DNA of 64,000 nucleotides from assembly GCA_004297725.1 (NCBI GenBank), contig SCUS01000102.1, positions 147,901 to 211,900 on the forward strand, written 5' to 3'. Under the pieces are notes generated by a model, which was given only the letters and a program-made list of their open reading frames with translations, was not told the DNA's origin and did no database searches. The DNA is from Myxococcaceae bacterium (GTDB lineage Bacteria; Myxococcota_A; Polyangia; Polyangiales; Ga0077539). Every line of letters starts with the position of its first letter. The stretch's first letter is position 1. This document shows positions 27,888 through 36,785 of the stretch, one piece after another. The position numbers and the translations under genes are program-made.

Positions 27888-30800
27888 TCAGTTGGTGTCG
27901 AAGGCCGGCGAGGTGGTGCCGGTGACGGCGCTCGCGCGGACGCCGATGCGCCCGGTGCTGCCGCTGCCGCCCGCGGCCGAGCCGCAGGTGGCGGTGCCGC
28001 CGCCGCCGCCCGCCACGGAGATGCGGTTGGCGTTGATCACCGCCGCGCCGGAGGTCTGCAGACGGACCGCTCCGCCCGCGCCGCCGCCGCCGCCGCCCAT
28101 GCCGCAGCCGACGCCGCCGCAGGCGCCGTTGTCGCCGTTGGCGCCGAGCGCCCCGCGGGCGCTGATGAGCCCGGTGGGAGCCACCGTGAGCGTGTTGGCG
28201 CGGATCAGGATGAGCCCGCCGCCGCTGCCGCCCGCGCCGGGGTTGCCGCCGTCCTCGTCGGCCCCGCCTTCGCCGCCGGCCCCACCGAAGTGCGCCGCCG
28301 TGCGGAGGTTGGACGTGCCCGACACGGAGCCCTCGGTGCCGCCGGGGATGGGGCACGCCTCACGGCAGACGCCGCAGGTGCCGTTGCCGCCGTGCTGGCC
28401 CGCCGCGGCGTGGCCGCCTCCGCCGCCGGAGGCGTCGTCCTGGCCCGCGCCGCCGCCGCCGCCGCCGCTGGCGTTGGCCGCGATGTTCACGCCGCCGAGG
28501 CCCGTGAAGCCCTCACCCTGGAAGCCGCGAGCGCAGCGGTAGACGCAGCCGTGGCCTCGGCCGCGGAAGCCGCGGGAGTCCATGGTGACCGAGCCCGCCA
28601 CGCTGACGTCCCCGGTGGCGTCGAGCGCCAGGATGCCGCCGCTGTTGCCGTCCCACGCCGGCGCCGTGAGCGTCGTCGAGCCCGGAACCGACACGGTGGA
28701 GCGCTCCTCGACCACCACCACCTGCGCGCGGCAGGTGGCGTCGGTGCGGAAGGTGCTGCCCAGCGCGGCCTCGAGCACCACCGTGGTGCCCGCGACCACG
28801 GAGACCCGGCCGTACTCGTAGGTTCCGGCGCCCGTGTTGCACTGGGTCTGGTGGAGGAGGACCTCCTGGCCCGCGGCGAAGGTGCCGGTGACGTTGCTCA
28901 GGGTGAGCACCGGCGAGCCCGCCGTGCCCGCCACGCTGGCGCGGACCACGTTGATGGTGACCGTGCCCGCGACGTTGAGGGGGCTGCCGCCCTCGCCGAA
29001 GCCGCAGCGGCCGGCCGCGCAGGTGGAGCCCGCGGGGCAGACGGTTCCGCACGCGCCGCAGTTGCTGGAGTCGGTCTGCGTGTTGATCTCGCAGCCGTCC
29101 GTCGCCGAGCCGTTGCAGTTGGCGAAGCCCGTGGCGCACGCGGCGATGCTGCAGGCGCTCGCGGCGCAGGAGCCCGTCGCGTTGGCGGGGGCGCAGCGCC
29201 GGCCGCAGCCGCCGCAGTTGTTGATGTCCGTCGCCAGCGTGGACTCGCAGCCGTCCGTCGCCGCGAGGTTGCAGTCGGCGAAGCCCGCGCCGCAGACGAA
29301 GCTGCACGCCGAGGCCGCGCACACCGGGGTGGCGTTGGCGCGGGGCGGGCACGTCACCGAGCACGCGCCGCAGTTGGACGGGTCGCTCGCGGTGGACACG
29401 CACACCGAGGCGCAGGTGGCCTGACCCGCGAGGCAGGAGGTCACGCAGGCGCCCGCCGTGCAGATCTGCCCCGACGCGCAGGCGCGGGCGCAGGCCCCGC
29501 AATGGGTGCGGTCGGTGAGCAGGTCGCGGCAGGTGCCCGAGCAGTTGGTCTGCCCCGCCGCGCAGGTCGTCACGCAGGCCCCGGCGGAGCACACCTGGCC
29601 CGCGGCGCAGGTCACCCCGCACGCGCCGCAGTTGCCGTTGTCGTTGGTGAGGGTGACGCACGCGCCGCCGCAGTTGGTCTGGCCCGCCGGGCAGGAGACC
29701 ACGCAGCCGCCCGCGAGGCAGGCCTCGCCGGTGGCGCACGCTCGCCCGCAGGTGCCGCAGTTGGCGCGGTCGTTGAGCAGGTCGCGGCACGAGCCGGTGC
29801 AGTTGCTGAGCCCCGCCCCGCAGGAGGTGACGCAGGCTCGCGAGGAGCACACCTGACCCGCGGCGCAGGCCACGCCGCAGGCGCCGCAGTTGGCGCGGTC
29901 GCTGTCGATGTCCCGGCACGAGCCCGAGCAGTTGGTGAGCCCGACCACGCACGACACCACGCAGGCGCCGCCGGAGCACACCTGGCCCGCGGCGCAGGCG
30001 CGCCCGCACATGCCGCAGTTGGCCCGGTCGCTCTGGAGGTCACGGCACGAGCCCGTGCAGTCGGTGAGCCCGGAGGTGCACGAGGTCACGCAGGCCGCGC
30101 CGGAGCACACCTGGCCCGCGGCGCAGGCGCGCCCGCACATGCCGCAGTTGGCCCGGTCGCTGGTGAGGTCTCGGCACGAGCCCGAGCAGTTGGAGAGCCC
30201 CGCGAGGCAGCTCACCACGCAGTCGCCCGCGGAGCACACCTGGCCCGCGGCGCAGGTCACCCCGCAGGCGCCGCAGTTGGCGCGGTCGGTCTGAAGGTCG
30301 CGGCAGGTGCCGATGCACTCGGCCTGGCCCGACGGGCAGGAGACCACGCAGGCCCCGGCCACGCAGACCTGGCCCGACCCGCACGCGCGGTCGCAGGCGC
30401 CGCAGTTGGCGCGGTCGGTCTGCAGGTCGCGGCAGGTGCCGGTGCACACCGTCTGGCTCGCGGGGCAGGAGACCACGCAGGCCCCGGCCACGCAGACCTG
30501 GCCCGACCCGCAGGAGGTGCCGCAGGCGCCGCAGTTGCCGCGGTCGGTCTGCAGGTCTCGACAGGAGCCCGAGCACGCCGAGAGCCCGGCGCCGCAGGAG
30601 GTCACGCACATCGCGCCGGAGCACACCTGGCCCGCGGCGCAGGCGTTGCCGCACATCCCGCAGTGCTCCCGGTCTCCCTGGAGGTCTCGGCAGGCGCCGC
30701 TGCAGTTGGTCTGGCCGCTGGGGCAGGAGACCACGCAGGCGCCGGCCACGCAGACCTGGCCGCTCGCGCAGAGGTTGCTGCAGAGGCCGCAGTGGGCGCG

Positions 30801-32213
30801 GTCGGTCTGCAGGTCGCGGCACGAGCCGCCGCACTCGACCTGCCCCGTCGGGCAGGAGACCACGCACATCCCCGCGGAGCACACCTGGCCCGCGCCGCAC
30901 ACCGCCCCGCAGGCGCCGCAGTTGGTGCGGTCGTTCTGCAGGTCGCGGCACGAGCCCGAGCAGTCGGTGGAGCCCGCCGCGCAGGAGGTCACGCAGGTGC
31001 CCGCGGAGCACACCTGGCCGCTCGCGCAGACCCGGCCGCACTCGCCGCAGTGGGCGCGGTCGGTCTGGATGTCGCGGCACGAGCCGCCGCAGTTGGAGAG
31101 CCCGCTGCCGCAGGAGAGCTGGCAGGTGCCGGAGGTGCACACCTGGCCCGAGAGGCACGCCGTGCCGCAGGCGCCGCAGTTGGCGCGGTCGTTCTGCAGG
31201 TCTCGGCACGAGCCGCCGCAGTTGGACTGCCCCGAGGCGCAGGTGAGCACGCACATCCCCGACGAGCACACCTGGCCCTCGGCGCAGGCGCGGCCGCACT
31301 CGCCGCAGTTGGCGCGGTCGGTCTGCAGGTCTCGGCACGAGCCGCCGCAGCTGGTGGTGCCGGAGCTGCAAGAGAGCACGCAGCGCGCGCCGTCGCAGAC
31401 CTGCCCCGAGGGGCAGACGTTGCCGCAGGTGCCGCAGTTGTTGCGGTCGGTCTGGAGCTCGGCGCAGTAGCCGGGGCCGGTGCCGCCGTCGGTGACGCCG
31501 CCGTCGGTGACGCCCGCGTCGGGGCTGGAGGTGCAGGCGGTGAAGCCCGTCGCGCAGGTGGTGACGCAGCGCGAGGCCTCGCAGGTCTGCCCCGGGGCGC
31601 AGCCGACGCCGCAGGCGCCGCAGTTCATCGGGTCGCGCCGGATGTCCGCGCAGTACGCGCGCCCGCCGCTGCTGCAGGTGGTGAGGAGCTCGGCGCACGA
31701 GGTGGTGCACATCCCGTTGGAGCAGACCTCGCCCGCGGCGCACTGGCGCCCGCAGCCGCCGCAGTGGTTGCGGTCGGTGCCGGGGAGCACGCACACGTTG
31801 CGGCCGCCCGCGTCGCCCGCGTCGCCCGCGACCTCGGGGCACGCGATCTGCTCGCCGGGGCAGAGGGTGCGGCACACGCTGTCGACGCAGCGCTCGGTGC
31901 TGGCGCACATCACCCCGCAGGCGCCGCAGTTGCCGGGGTCGACCGCCGAGGAGACGCACATCCCGTTGCACGCGGTCTGCGCCGGGCCGCAGCGGGGGCC
32001 GTCGGTGCCCGCGTCGGAGCCCGTGTCGAGGCCCGCGTCGAGGCCGCCGTCGAAGCCGCTGTCGATGCCGCCGAGGTCATTGACGGCGGAGTCCGCCGGG
32101 CCGCCGACGACGGAAGCGCCGTCGGTACAGCCATAGAGGAGCACCGCGCTCACTAGGAAGGTCCCCCATGGTGTTGCGGGGGGTCGGGCTTTCTTGCCTG
32201 GTCTCTGCGACAT
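27888..32213 (-). CDS. Giant (1441 aa) Cys-rich repeat lipoprotein with a Gly-rich C-terminal domain
   Basis: Lipobox VLLYGC. Degenerate CGxCG modules are followed by 15 canonical 43-aa, 8-Cys modules (C-x2-G-x3-C-x-G-x-CRDLQTDRANCGACGxxCxxGQVCxxGxCVxS). Two DGCE-type modules follow, then ~370 aa rich in GGGGG runs (GGGGGAGQDD, GGAGGEGGADEDGGNPGAGGSGGG). Confidence 0.85.
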   Translation of the reverse strand: MSQRPGKKARPPATPWGTFLVSAVLLYGCTDGASVVGGPADSAVNDLGGIDSGFDGGLDAGLDTGSDAGTDGPRCGPAQTACNGMCVSSAVDPGNCGACGVMCASTERCVDSVCRTLCPGEQIACPEVAGDAGDAGGRNVCVLPGTDRNHCGGCGRQCAAGEVCSNGMCTTSCAELLTTCSSGGRAYCADIRRDPMNCGACGVGCAPGQTCEASRCVTTCATGFTACTSSPDAGVTDGGVTDGGTGPGYCAELQTDRNNCGTCGNVCPSGQVCDGARCVLSCSSGTTSCGGSCRDLQTDRANCGECGRACAEGQVCSSGMCVLTCASGQSNCGGSCRDLQNDRANCGACGTACLSGQVCTSGTCQLSCGSGLSNCGGSCRDIQTDRAHCGECGRVCASGQVCSAGTCVTSCAAGSTDCSGSCRDLQNDRTNCGACGAVCGAGQVCSAGMCVVSCPTGQVECGGSCRDLQTDRAHCGLCSNLCASGQVCVAGACVVSCPSGQTNCSGACRDLQGDREHCGMCGNACAAGQVCSGAMCVTSCGAGLSACSGSCRDLQTDRGNCGACGTSCGSGQVCVAGACVVSCPASQTVCTGTCRDLQTDRANCGACDRACGSGQVCVAGACVVSCPSGQAECIGTCRDLQTDRANCGACGVTCAAGQVCSAGDCVVSCLAGLSNCSGSCRDLTSDRANCGMCGRACAAGQVCSGAACVTSCTSGLTDCTGSCRDLQSDRANCGMCGRACAAGQVCSGGACVVSCVVGLTNCSGSCRDIDSDRANCGACGVACAAGQVCSSRACVTSCGAGLSNCTGSCRDLLNDRANCGTCGRACATGEACLAGGCVVSCPAGQTNCGGACVTLTNDNGNCGACGVTCAAGQVCSAGACVTTCAAGQTNCSGTCRDLLTDRTHCGACARACASGQICTAGACVTSCLAGQATCASVCVSTASDPSNCGACSVTCPPRANATPVCAASACSFVCGAGFADCNLAATDGCESTLATDINNCGGCGRRCAPANATGSCAASACSIAACATGFANCNGSATDGCEINTQTDSSNCGACGTVCPAGSTCAAGRCGFGEGGSPLNVAGTVTINVVRASVAGTAGSPVLTLSNVTGTFAAGQEVLLHQTQCNTGAGTYEYGRVSVVAGTTVVLEAALGSTFRTDATCRAQVVVVEERSTVSVPGSTTLTAPAWDGNSGGILALDATGDVSVAGSVTMDSRGFRGRGHGCVYRCARGFQGEGFTGLGGVNIAANASGGGGGGAGQDDASGGGGGHAAAGQHGGNGTCGVCREACPIPGGTEGSVSGTSNLRTAAHFGGAGGEGGADEDGGNPGAGGSGGGLILIRANTLTVAPTGLISARGALGANGDNGACGGVGCGMGGGGGGAGGAVRLQTSGAAVINANRISVAGGGGGTATCGSAAGGSGSTGRIGVRASAVTGTTSPAFDTN
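29436..31370 (-). repeat. 15 x 129-bp in-frame tandem repeat array (43-aa Cys-rich modules)
   Basis: Module boundaries were counted from the translation (residues 282-926). The periodicity is also visible in the antisense track ORFs (the repeated HEP.QL..P...TQAPAEHTWPAAQA pattern). Confidence 0.8.
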
Positions 32214-32386
32214 CGCGTCTTCTCCTTACGGGTGGCTGTAAACGGTCGGTTCCCACCGGGCGGAGGGCTCATGCTCCGTCCGCGGCCGAGTGTCGGGCAT
32301 GGCCGTCCGGGCGTCACCCCTCTCATGCGCCGCAGCGCGCGGCTTGCTGTTGCGGTGCGAGGCGCGATACCTAAGCGAGAAGCCCT

Positions 32387-32953
32387 ATGGAAACCTCCCG
32401 ACAGCGCCTGCTCGAGCGGCTGCGCACCGATGCCTGGCGACGGGGAACCTTCCGCCTCGCCTCCGGGCGCGACAGCGATTTCTTCATCGACTGCAAGCAG
32501 GTGATCCTGACCGCCGAGGGGCACCGGCTCTGCGGCGAGGTGCTGTGCGAGGTGATCCGCGCGTCGGGCCTCGGCGAGGAGGCCGACGCGGTGGCGGGCG
32601 TCGCGCTGGGCGGGTGCCCCCTGGCGAGCGCGGTCTCGCTCACCTCGGCGCTGGGCGGCGGTCGTAGCTGGGACGCCCTCTACGTGCGCAAGGAGCCCAA
32701 GGACCACGGGACGGCGCAGCGCATCGAGGGGAGGGTGTCGCTCGCGGCCTCGCTGCGGGTGGTGCTGCTCGAGGACGTGCTGACCACCGGCGGCTCGTCG
32801 CGGATGGCGGTCGAGGCGCTGCGGGCCGACGGGCACACGGTGCTCGCGGTGGTGGCGCTGGTCGACCGGCGCGAGGGGGGCCGAGAGGCGCTCGAGGCGC
32901 TGGGGCTGCGGGTGATCCCGGTGTTCAGCCGCGCGGACTTCCTGGGTGAGTGA
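32387..32953 (+). CDS. pyrE: Orotate phosphoribosyltransferase
   Basis: 188 aa. FRLASGRDSDFFIDCK and the PRPP-binding motif VVLLEDVLTTGGS, then VVALVDRREGG. Confidence 0.9.
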   Translation: METSRQRLLERLRTDAWRRGTFRLASGRDSDFFIDCKQVILTAEGHRLCGEVLCEVIRASGLGEEADAVAGVALGGCPLASAVSLTSALGGGRSWDALYVRKEPKDHGTAQRIEGRVSLAASLRVVLLEDVLTTGGSSRMAVEALRADGHTVLAVVALVDRREGGREALEALGLRVIPVFSRADFLGE

Positions 32954-33596
32954 GGTGCGCCGCGGGGCCCTGGCGCTGGGGCTGGCGATGGCGGTCGGGG
33001 CGTGCGCGTCGCCGACGGTGAGCCTGCGCCAGGGGCCGCGGGCGTACACCGCCGAGAGCTACGACGTCGTGCTGCAGCGGTGGACCCGCGAGGGCCACCA
33101 GTACGCCCTGCAGGGCCTCGACGACCGCATCGCCGTGACGGCCACCTACGAGAGCTGGGACTTCCGCTGGGCTTACGTGGTGAGGTACGCGCAGGACTTC
33201 CGGCTCACCACCCCGGAGCGGCAGGAACTCCTGCAGCACACCCTCGAGGCCGCCCAGCAGGAGCACGAGTTCTACGTGGCGCTGTACACGCAGAGCCGCC
33301 GCTGGGGCGAGCTCACCCGCCCGACCAGCGCGTGGCGGGTGCTGCTGCTCAACGACCGTCGCGAGGAGGTCGCCCCGGTGGCCATCGAGCCCATCAACCG
33401 GCCCGGGGCGGTGGAGCTGACCTACTTCCCGTACACCACCGTGTGGCGTCAGGCCTTCCGTATCCGCTTCCCGAAGTATCTGCGCAGCGCGAGCGGGGCC
33501 GAGGTCGAGGTCATCGACGAGCGGGTGCGCTCGTTTCGACTGCGCTTCAGCGGCCCCCTCGGCACCACCGACCTCGTCTGGAACGTCACCCACTGA
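32946..33596 (+). CDS. Hypothetical lipoprotein
   Basis: GTG start overlaps the pyrE end by 8 nt. Lipobox LAMAVGAC. No family recognised. Confidence 0.6.
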   Translation: MSEVRRGALALGLAMAVGACASPTVSLRQGPRAYTAESYDVVLQRWTREGHQYALQGLDDRIAVTATYESWDFRWAYVVRYAQDFRLTTPERQELLQHTLEAAQQEHEFYVALYTQSRRWGELTRPTSAWRVLLLNDRREEVAPVAIEPINRPGAVELTYFPYTTVWRQAFRIRFPKYLRSASGAEVEVIDERVRSFRLRFSGPLGTTDLVWNVTH

Positions 33597-33669
33597 CCGG
33601 CGTCGCGCTTTGAGGGAAGATCCAAGGCGTGGGAGCATCGACGGGTCTCTCTCACTCGCCGGAGGCCTC

Positions 33670-34851
33670 ATGCATGTGACTTTGGTCCTGACCCACGAGT
33701 GCAACCTCGCGTGCTCGTACTGCTACACGGGCGAGAAATTCCGCCGAGAGATGGACTGGGAGACCGCCTCCCGCTCGCTCGACCTGCTCTTCGACGCCCC
33801 TCGCGAGGAGACCCCGTGGAGGGCCGAGGCCCCGATCGACCTGGGCTTCTTCGGCGGCGAGCCCCTCATCTGCTTCGACATGATGGAGCGCGTCGCCGTC
33901 GAGGCCCGCGCCCGCGCCGATCGCGAGGGCCGTCGGCTGCGCCTCGCGGTGACCACCAACGGCACCCTGCTCACCGCCGAGCGCGCCCGCCGGCTGAGGG
34001 AGCTCGACGTGCAGGTCACCCTCTCGCTCGACGGCTGCCGCGCGGCGCACGAGGCCACCCGGCCCCAGCGCGGCGGGCGCTCGAGCTTCGACGACGTGGT
34101 GGCCGGGGCGCAGCACATGCTCGCCGCGGGCCTCGGGCTGCAGGTCATCGCCGTGGTCGCCCCGGAGAACGTGCGCTGGCTCGGGGAGAGCGTGCGCTTC
34201 CTGGCGGGCCTCGGCGCCAAGGAGATCATCCTCAACCCGGCCTTCGAGTGCGCCTGGAGCGACGCCGACCTCGGCCTGTGGGAGCGGGGGCTGGAGGAGG
34301 CGGTGGAGGTCTACGCGGAGGCGATCCGCGCGGGGCGGCCCATCGCCATGCCGACCTTCGACAACAAGCTGCTCGCGGCCGCCAAGGGGGGGCTCGCGAG
34401 CTGCGACTCGTGCGGCTCGGGCGACCGCGAGATCGCCGTGTCCCCGAGGGGCAACCTCTTCCCGTGCGCCCGGATGGTGGGCGAAGACCGCGACGACAAG
34501 CTGGTGATCGGGCACCTCGACACGGGCATCGACCGGGGCAGGGTGTCGGGGCTCAAGCGCGGCCCGGCAGACCCGGCGTGCGGAGAGTGCGCGGAGCAGT
34601 GGCGCTGCGGGGCCTCGTGCGCGTGCGCCAACCTCGCGGAGACCGGGACGACGCACCTGCCGGGAGGCACCCAGTGCTGGTACGAGCAGGCGACGGCGCG
34701 CATCGCCGACGGCGCCGGTCACCGGCTGCTGGAGGAGCGCGATCCGACCTTCCTGTCGTGGACCTACGGGAGGGTCGCGGCGGCGGCGAGGTCGGCCGGG
34801 CAGAGCCCGTCGCGGGTCGAGCGCAAGGTCAGGCTGCCGCTGGCGACGTGA
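33670..34851 (+). CDS. Radical SAM enzyme with SPASM-like C-terminal domain (anSME-like maturase)
   Basis: ATG 33670 with GGAGG at 33661-33665 (the track ORF starts at 33610). CNLACSYCY is the CxxxCxxC cluster motif, with GGEPL. C-terminal Cys clusters: CDSCGSG...FPC and CGECAEQWRCGASCACAN. Confidence 0.8.
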   Translation: MHVTLVLTHECNLACSYCYTGEKFRREMDWETASRSLDLLFDAPREETPWRAEAPIDLGFFGGEPLICFDMMERVAVEARARADREGRRLRLAVTTNGTLLTAERARRLRELDVQVTLSLDGCRAAHEATRPQRGGRSSFDDVVAGAQHMLAAGLGLQVIAVVAPENVRWLGESVRFLAGLGAKEIILNPAFECAWSDADLGLWERGLEEAVEVYAEAIRAGRPIAMPTFDNKLLAAAKGGLASCDSCGSGDREIAVSPRGNLFPCARMVGEDRDDKLVIGHLDTGIDRGRVSGLKRGPADPACGECAEQWRCGASCACANLAETGTTHLPGGTQCWYEQATARIADGAGHRLLEERDPTFLSWTYGRVAAAARSAGQSPSRVERKVRLPLAT

Positions 34852-34928
34852 GCGGCGTTGGGCGCTAGACAACGCGGGCCGCGCGGGGATAGCACCGCGG
34901 CCGTGGCACGGCGTAGGGTGTAGTGGCG

Positions 34929-36767
34929 ATGCAGGTCGATGACATCCATCAGCGGACGGGATCGCTCGTCGCGGGGCGCTATCGTCTGCTGCGGGTGATC
35001 GGCGAGGGCGGCATGGGGGCCGTCTTCGAGGCGGAAGACCTCGCGGGCGGCGGATTACACGTCGCGGTAAAGCTCATCAAGCCGGAGTTCATCACCTCGA
35101 CGGAGGTGGTGGGGCGCTTCCAGCAGGAGGCGCAGACCGTGGCCTCCATCGGGCACCCCAACATCGTGCGGGTGCTCGACGCGGGCAGCGACGACGACGG
35201 GCCCTTCCTGGTGCTAGAGCTGCTGCAGGGCGAGACCCTCTGCGACGTGATGGAGCGGCGCGCGCTGAGCTTCCGCGAGGCGCTGACCATCGCCGCGGGC
35301 ACCGTCGACGCGCTGCGCGCGGCCCATGAGCTGGGCGTCGTGCACCGCGACATCAAGCCCGAGAACATCTTCCTCCTGGGCAGCGGCGACCGGCCCACCG
35401 CGGTGAAGCTGCTGGATTTCGGCATCTCGAAGATCCTCTCCGAGCGCGCCGCAGGGGGCCTGACGAGGGTGGGCACGGCGGTCGGGACGCCCGATTACAT
35501 GTCCCCCGAGCAGGCGGGAGGAGGGCGCGTCGACGGCCGCGCGGACCTCTGGTCGATGGGGGCGGTGCTCTACCAGTCCATCACCCTGCAGACGCCCTTC
35601 GACGGGGAGACCTACCAGCAGCTCCTCTCGCGGATCATGCTCTACCCCCACACGCCGCTGCAGCACTACGCTCCGTCGGCGCCGCCCGCGCTCTGCGCGC
35701 TCATCGACCGGGCCCTCGCCAAGGAGCCCTCGCAGCGATACGCCAACGCCGGGGAGATGCTCCAGGCGGTGCACGAGGTGCTCTCGATGCTCCCCGCCGA
35801 GGACGCGGTGTCGAGCCGAGGCGACGAGGCCACCAGCATCTACTCGGTGAACGACGGCGTGACGCTGATCGTGCCCGACGCCTTCTCCTCCCCGCCTCCG
35901 GCCTACTACCCGAGCCCCGTGCCTCCGCCTCCCCCGAGGGCGCGCCAGTCGGTTCCGCCCGCGCTGCCCCCGCCCTCGGCGCCGCCGTCCGTGCGCACCT
36001 CGCTGCCGCCGCCCCCGGCGCTGCGGCCGATGATGAACCCGATCGAGTTCGTCAGCGCCACCGTCGTCGACCCTGCCGGTCCGGGGGGCTTCGAGTCCGC
36101 CCGAGGCTGGTCTCCGCCCTCCCATCCGCCCGCGGGCGCACCCGCCCGGCGACCCTCGTCGCGCCGGGGCGTGGTCGTGCTGATGGGCTCCGCCATCGTG
36201 CTCGGCCTCGTGGTCGTCGCGGCGCTGCTGCGCTCGCGCCCTGAGCCCCCGGGGCCCGCGTCGGCGCCCGAGATCCCCGTCGCCGCCGCGCCCGCCTCCG
36301 ATCCGCCGCCCATGGCGCCGCCGTCGGTGGCGCCGATCGTCAACCAGCTCCTCGCTCCGACGCCCCCCGCAGCCCCCCCGCCTCGGCCTGCGCCGACGCC
36401 TCCCCCGGTGCCCTTCTTCCGACCTGCGCCGAGCGCCGAGCCCTCGCGCTCCCCGTCGCCCGACCGTCACCGCAGCTCGTCGACGAGGGCGCGCACGGCG
36501 GTCGCGGACGGGCCGCCGCTCGACTCGCCCGCGATCATGCAGGGCGTCCGGCCGCAGATCCCGGCGATCCGCTCGTGCCTCGACGGCGCCCGCGCCAATG
36601 TCAGCTTCTCGCTCGACATCGACGCGCGCGGCCGGGTGCGCTCGGTGAACCTCATGTCCCCGCCCTCGTCGAGCCCGGCGGGGCGCTGCGTGACCCGCGT
36701 GCTGTCCCGGCTGAGCTACCCCTCCGGGCACCCGACGAGCAACGCCCGGCTCTTTCTCACGCCCTGA
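34929..36767 (+). CDS. Hanks-type Ser/Thr protein kinase with Pro-rich linker, TM helix and TonB_C/AgmX-like C-terminal domain
   Basis: IGEGGMGAVFEA, VAVKLIK, HRDIKPENIFL, DFGISK and YMSPEQ. TM helix VVVLMGSAIVLGLVVVAALL. C-terminal ...IRSCLDGARANVSFSLDIDARGRVRSVNL... Start is ATG 34929 or GTG 34923. Confidence 0.85.
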   Translation: MQVDDIHQRTGSLVAGRYRLLRVIGEGGMGAVFEAEDLAGGGLHVAVKLIKPEFITSTEVVGRFQQEAQTVASIGHPNIVRVLDAGSDDDGPFLVLELLQGETLCDVMERRALSFREALTIAAGTVDALRAAHELGVVHRDIKPENIFLLGSGDRPTAVKLLDFGISKILSERAAGGLTRVGTAVGTPDYMSPEQAGGGRVDGRADLWSMGAVLYQSITLQTPFDGETYQQLLSRIMLYPHTPLQHYAPSAPPALCALIDRALAKEPSQRYANAGEMLQAVHEVLSMLPAEDAVSSRGDEATSIYSVNDGVTLIVPDAFSSPPPAYYPSPVPPPPPRARQSVPPALPPPSAPPSVRTSLPPPPALRPMMNPIEFVSATVVDPAGPGGFESARGWSPPSHPPAGAPARRPSSRRGVVVLMGSAIVLGLVVVAALLRSRPEPPGPASAPEIPVAAAPASDPPPMAPPSVAPIVNQLLAPTPPAAPPPRPAPTPPPVPFFRPAPSAEPSRSPSPDRHRSSSTRARTAVADGPPLDSPAIMQGVRPQIPAIRSCLDGARANVSFSLDIDARGRVRSVNLMSPPSSSPAGRCVTRVLSRLSYPSGHPTSNARLFLTP

Positions 36768-36785
36768 GCCGCAGCCCTCGGACGA

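Noticed and set aside
29436-31370. CRISPR-like regular repeats
   Set aside because: The period is 129 bp with no unique spacers. The repeats are in-frame protein modules within a long ORF, and no cas genes are present.
27828-32156. 1442-aa plus-strand ORF (and 28513-30009, 30040-31971 and others) overlapping the Cys-rich lipoprotein gene
   Set aside because: It is antisense or out of frame relative to the minus-strand gene. The minus-strand gene has a lipobox and a strictly periodic 8-Cys module structure. The alternative translations are A/G/R homopolymer-like.
33597-33669. Short RiPP precursor ORF next to the radical SAM/SPASM gene
   Set aside because: The flanking gaps (73 nt upstream, 77 nt downstream) are too short and contain no ORF with a ribosome-binding site. 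The track ORF start at 33610 is simply an upstream extension of the maturase frame.
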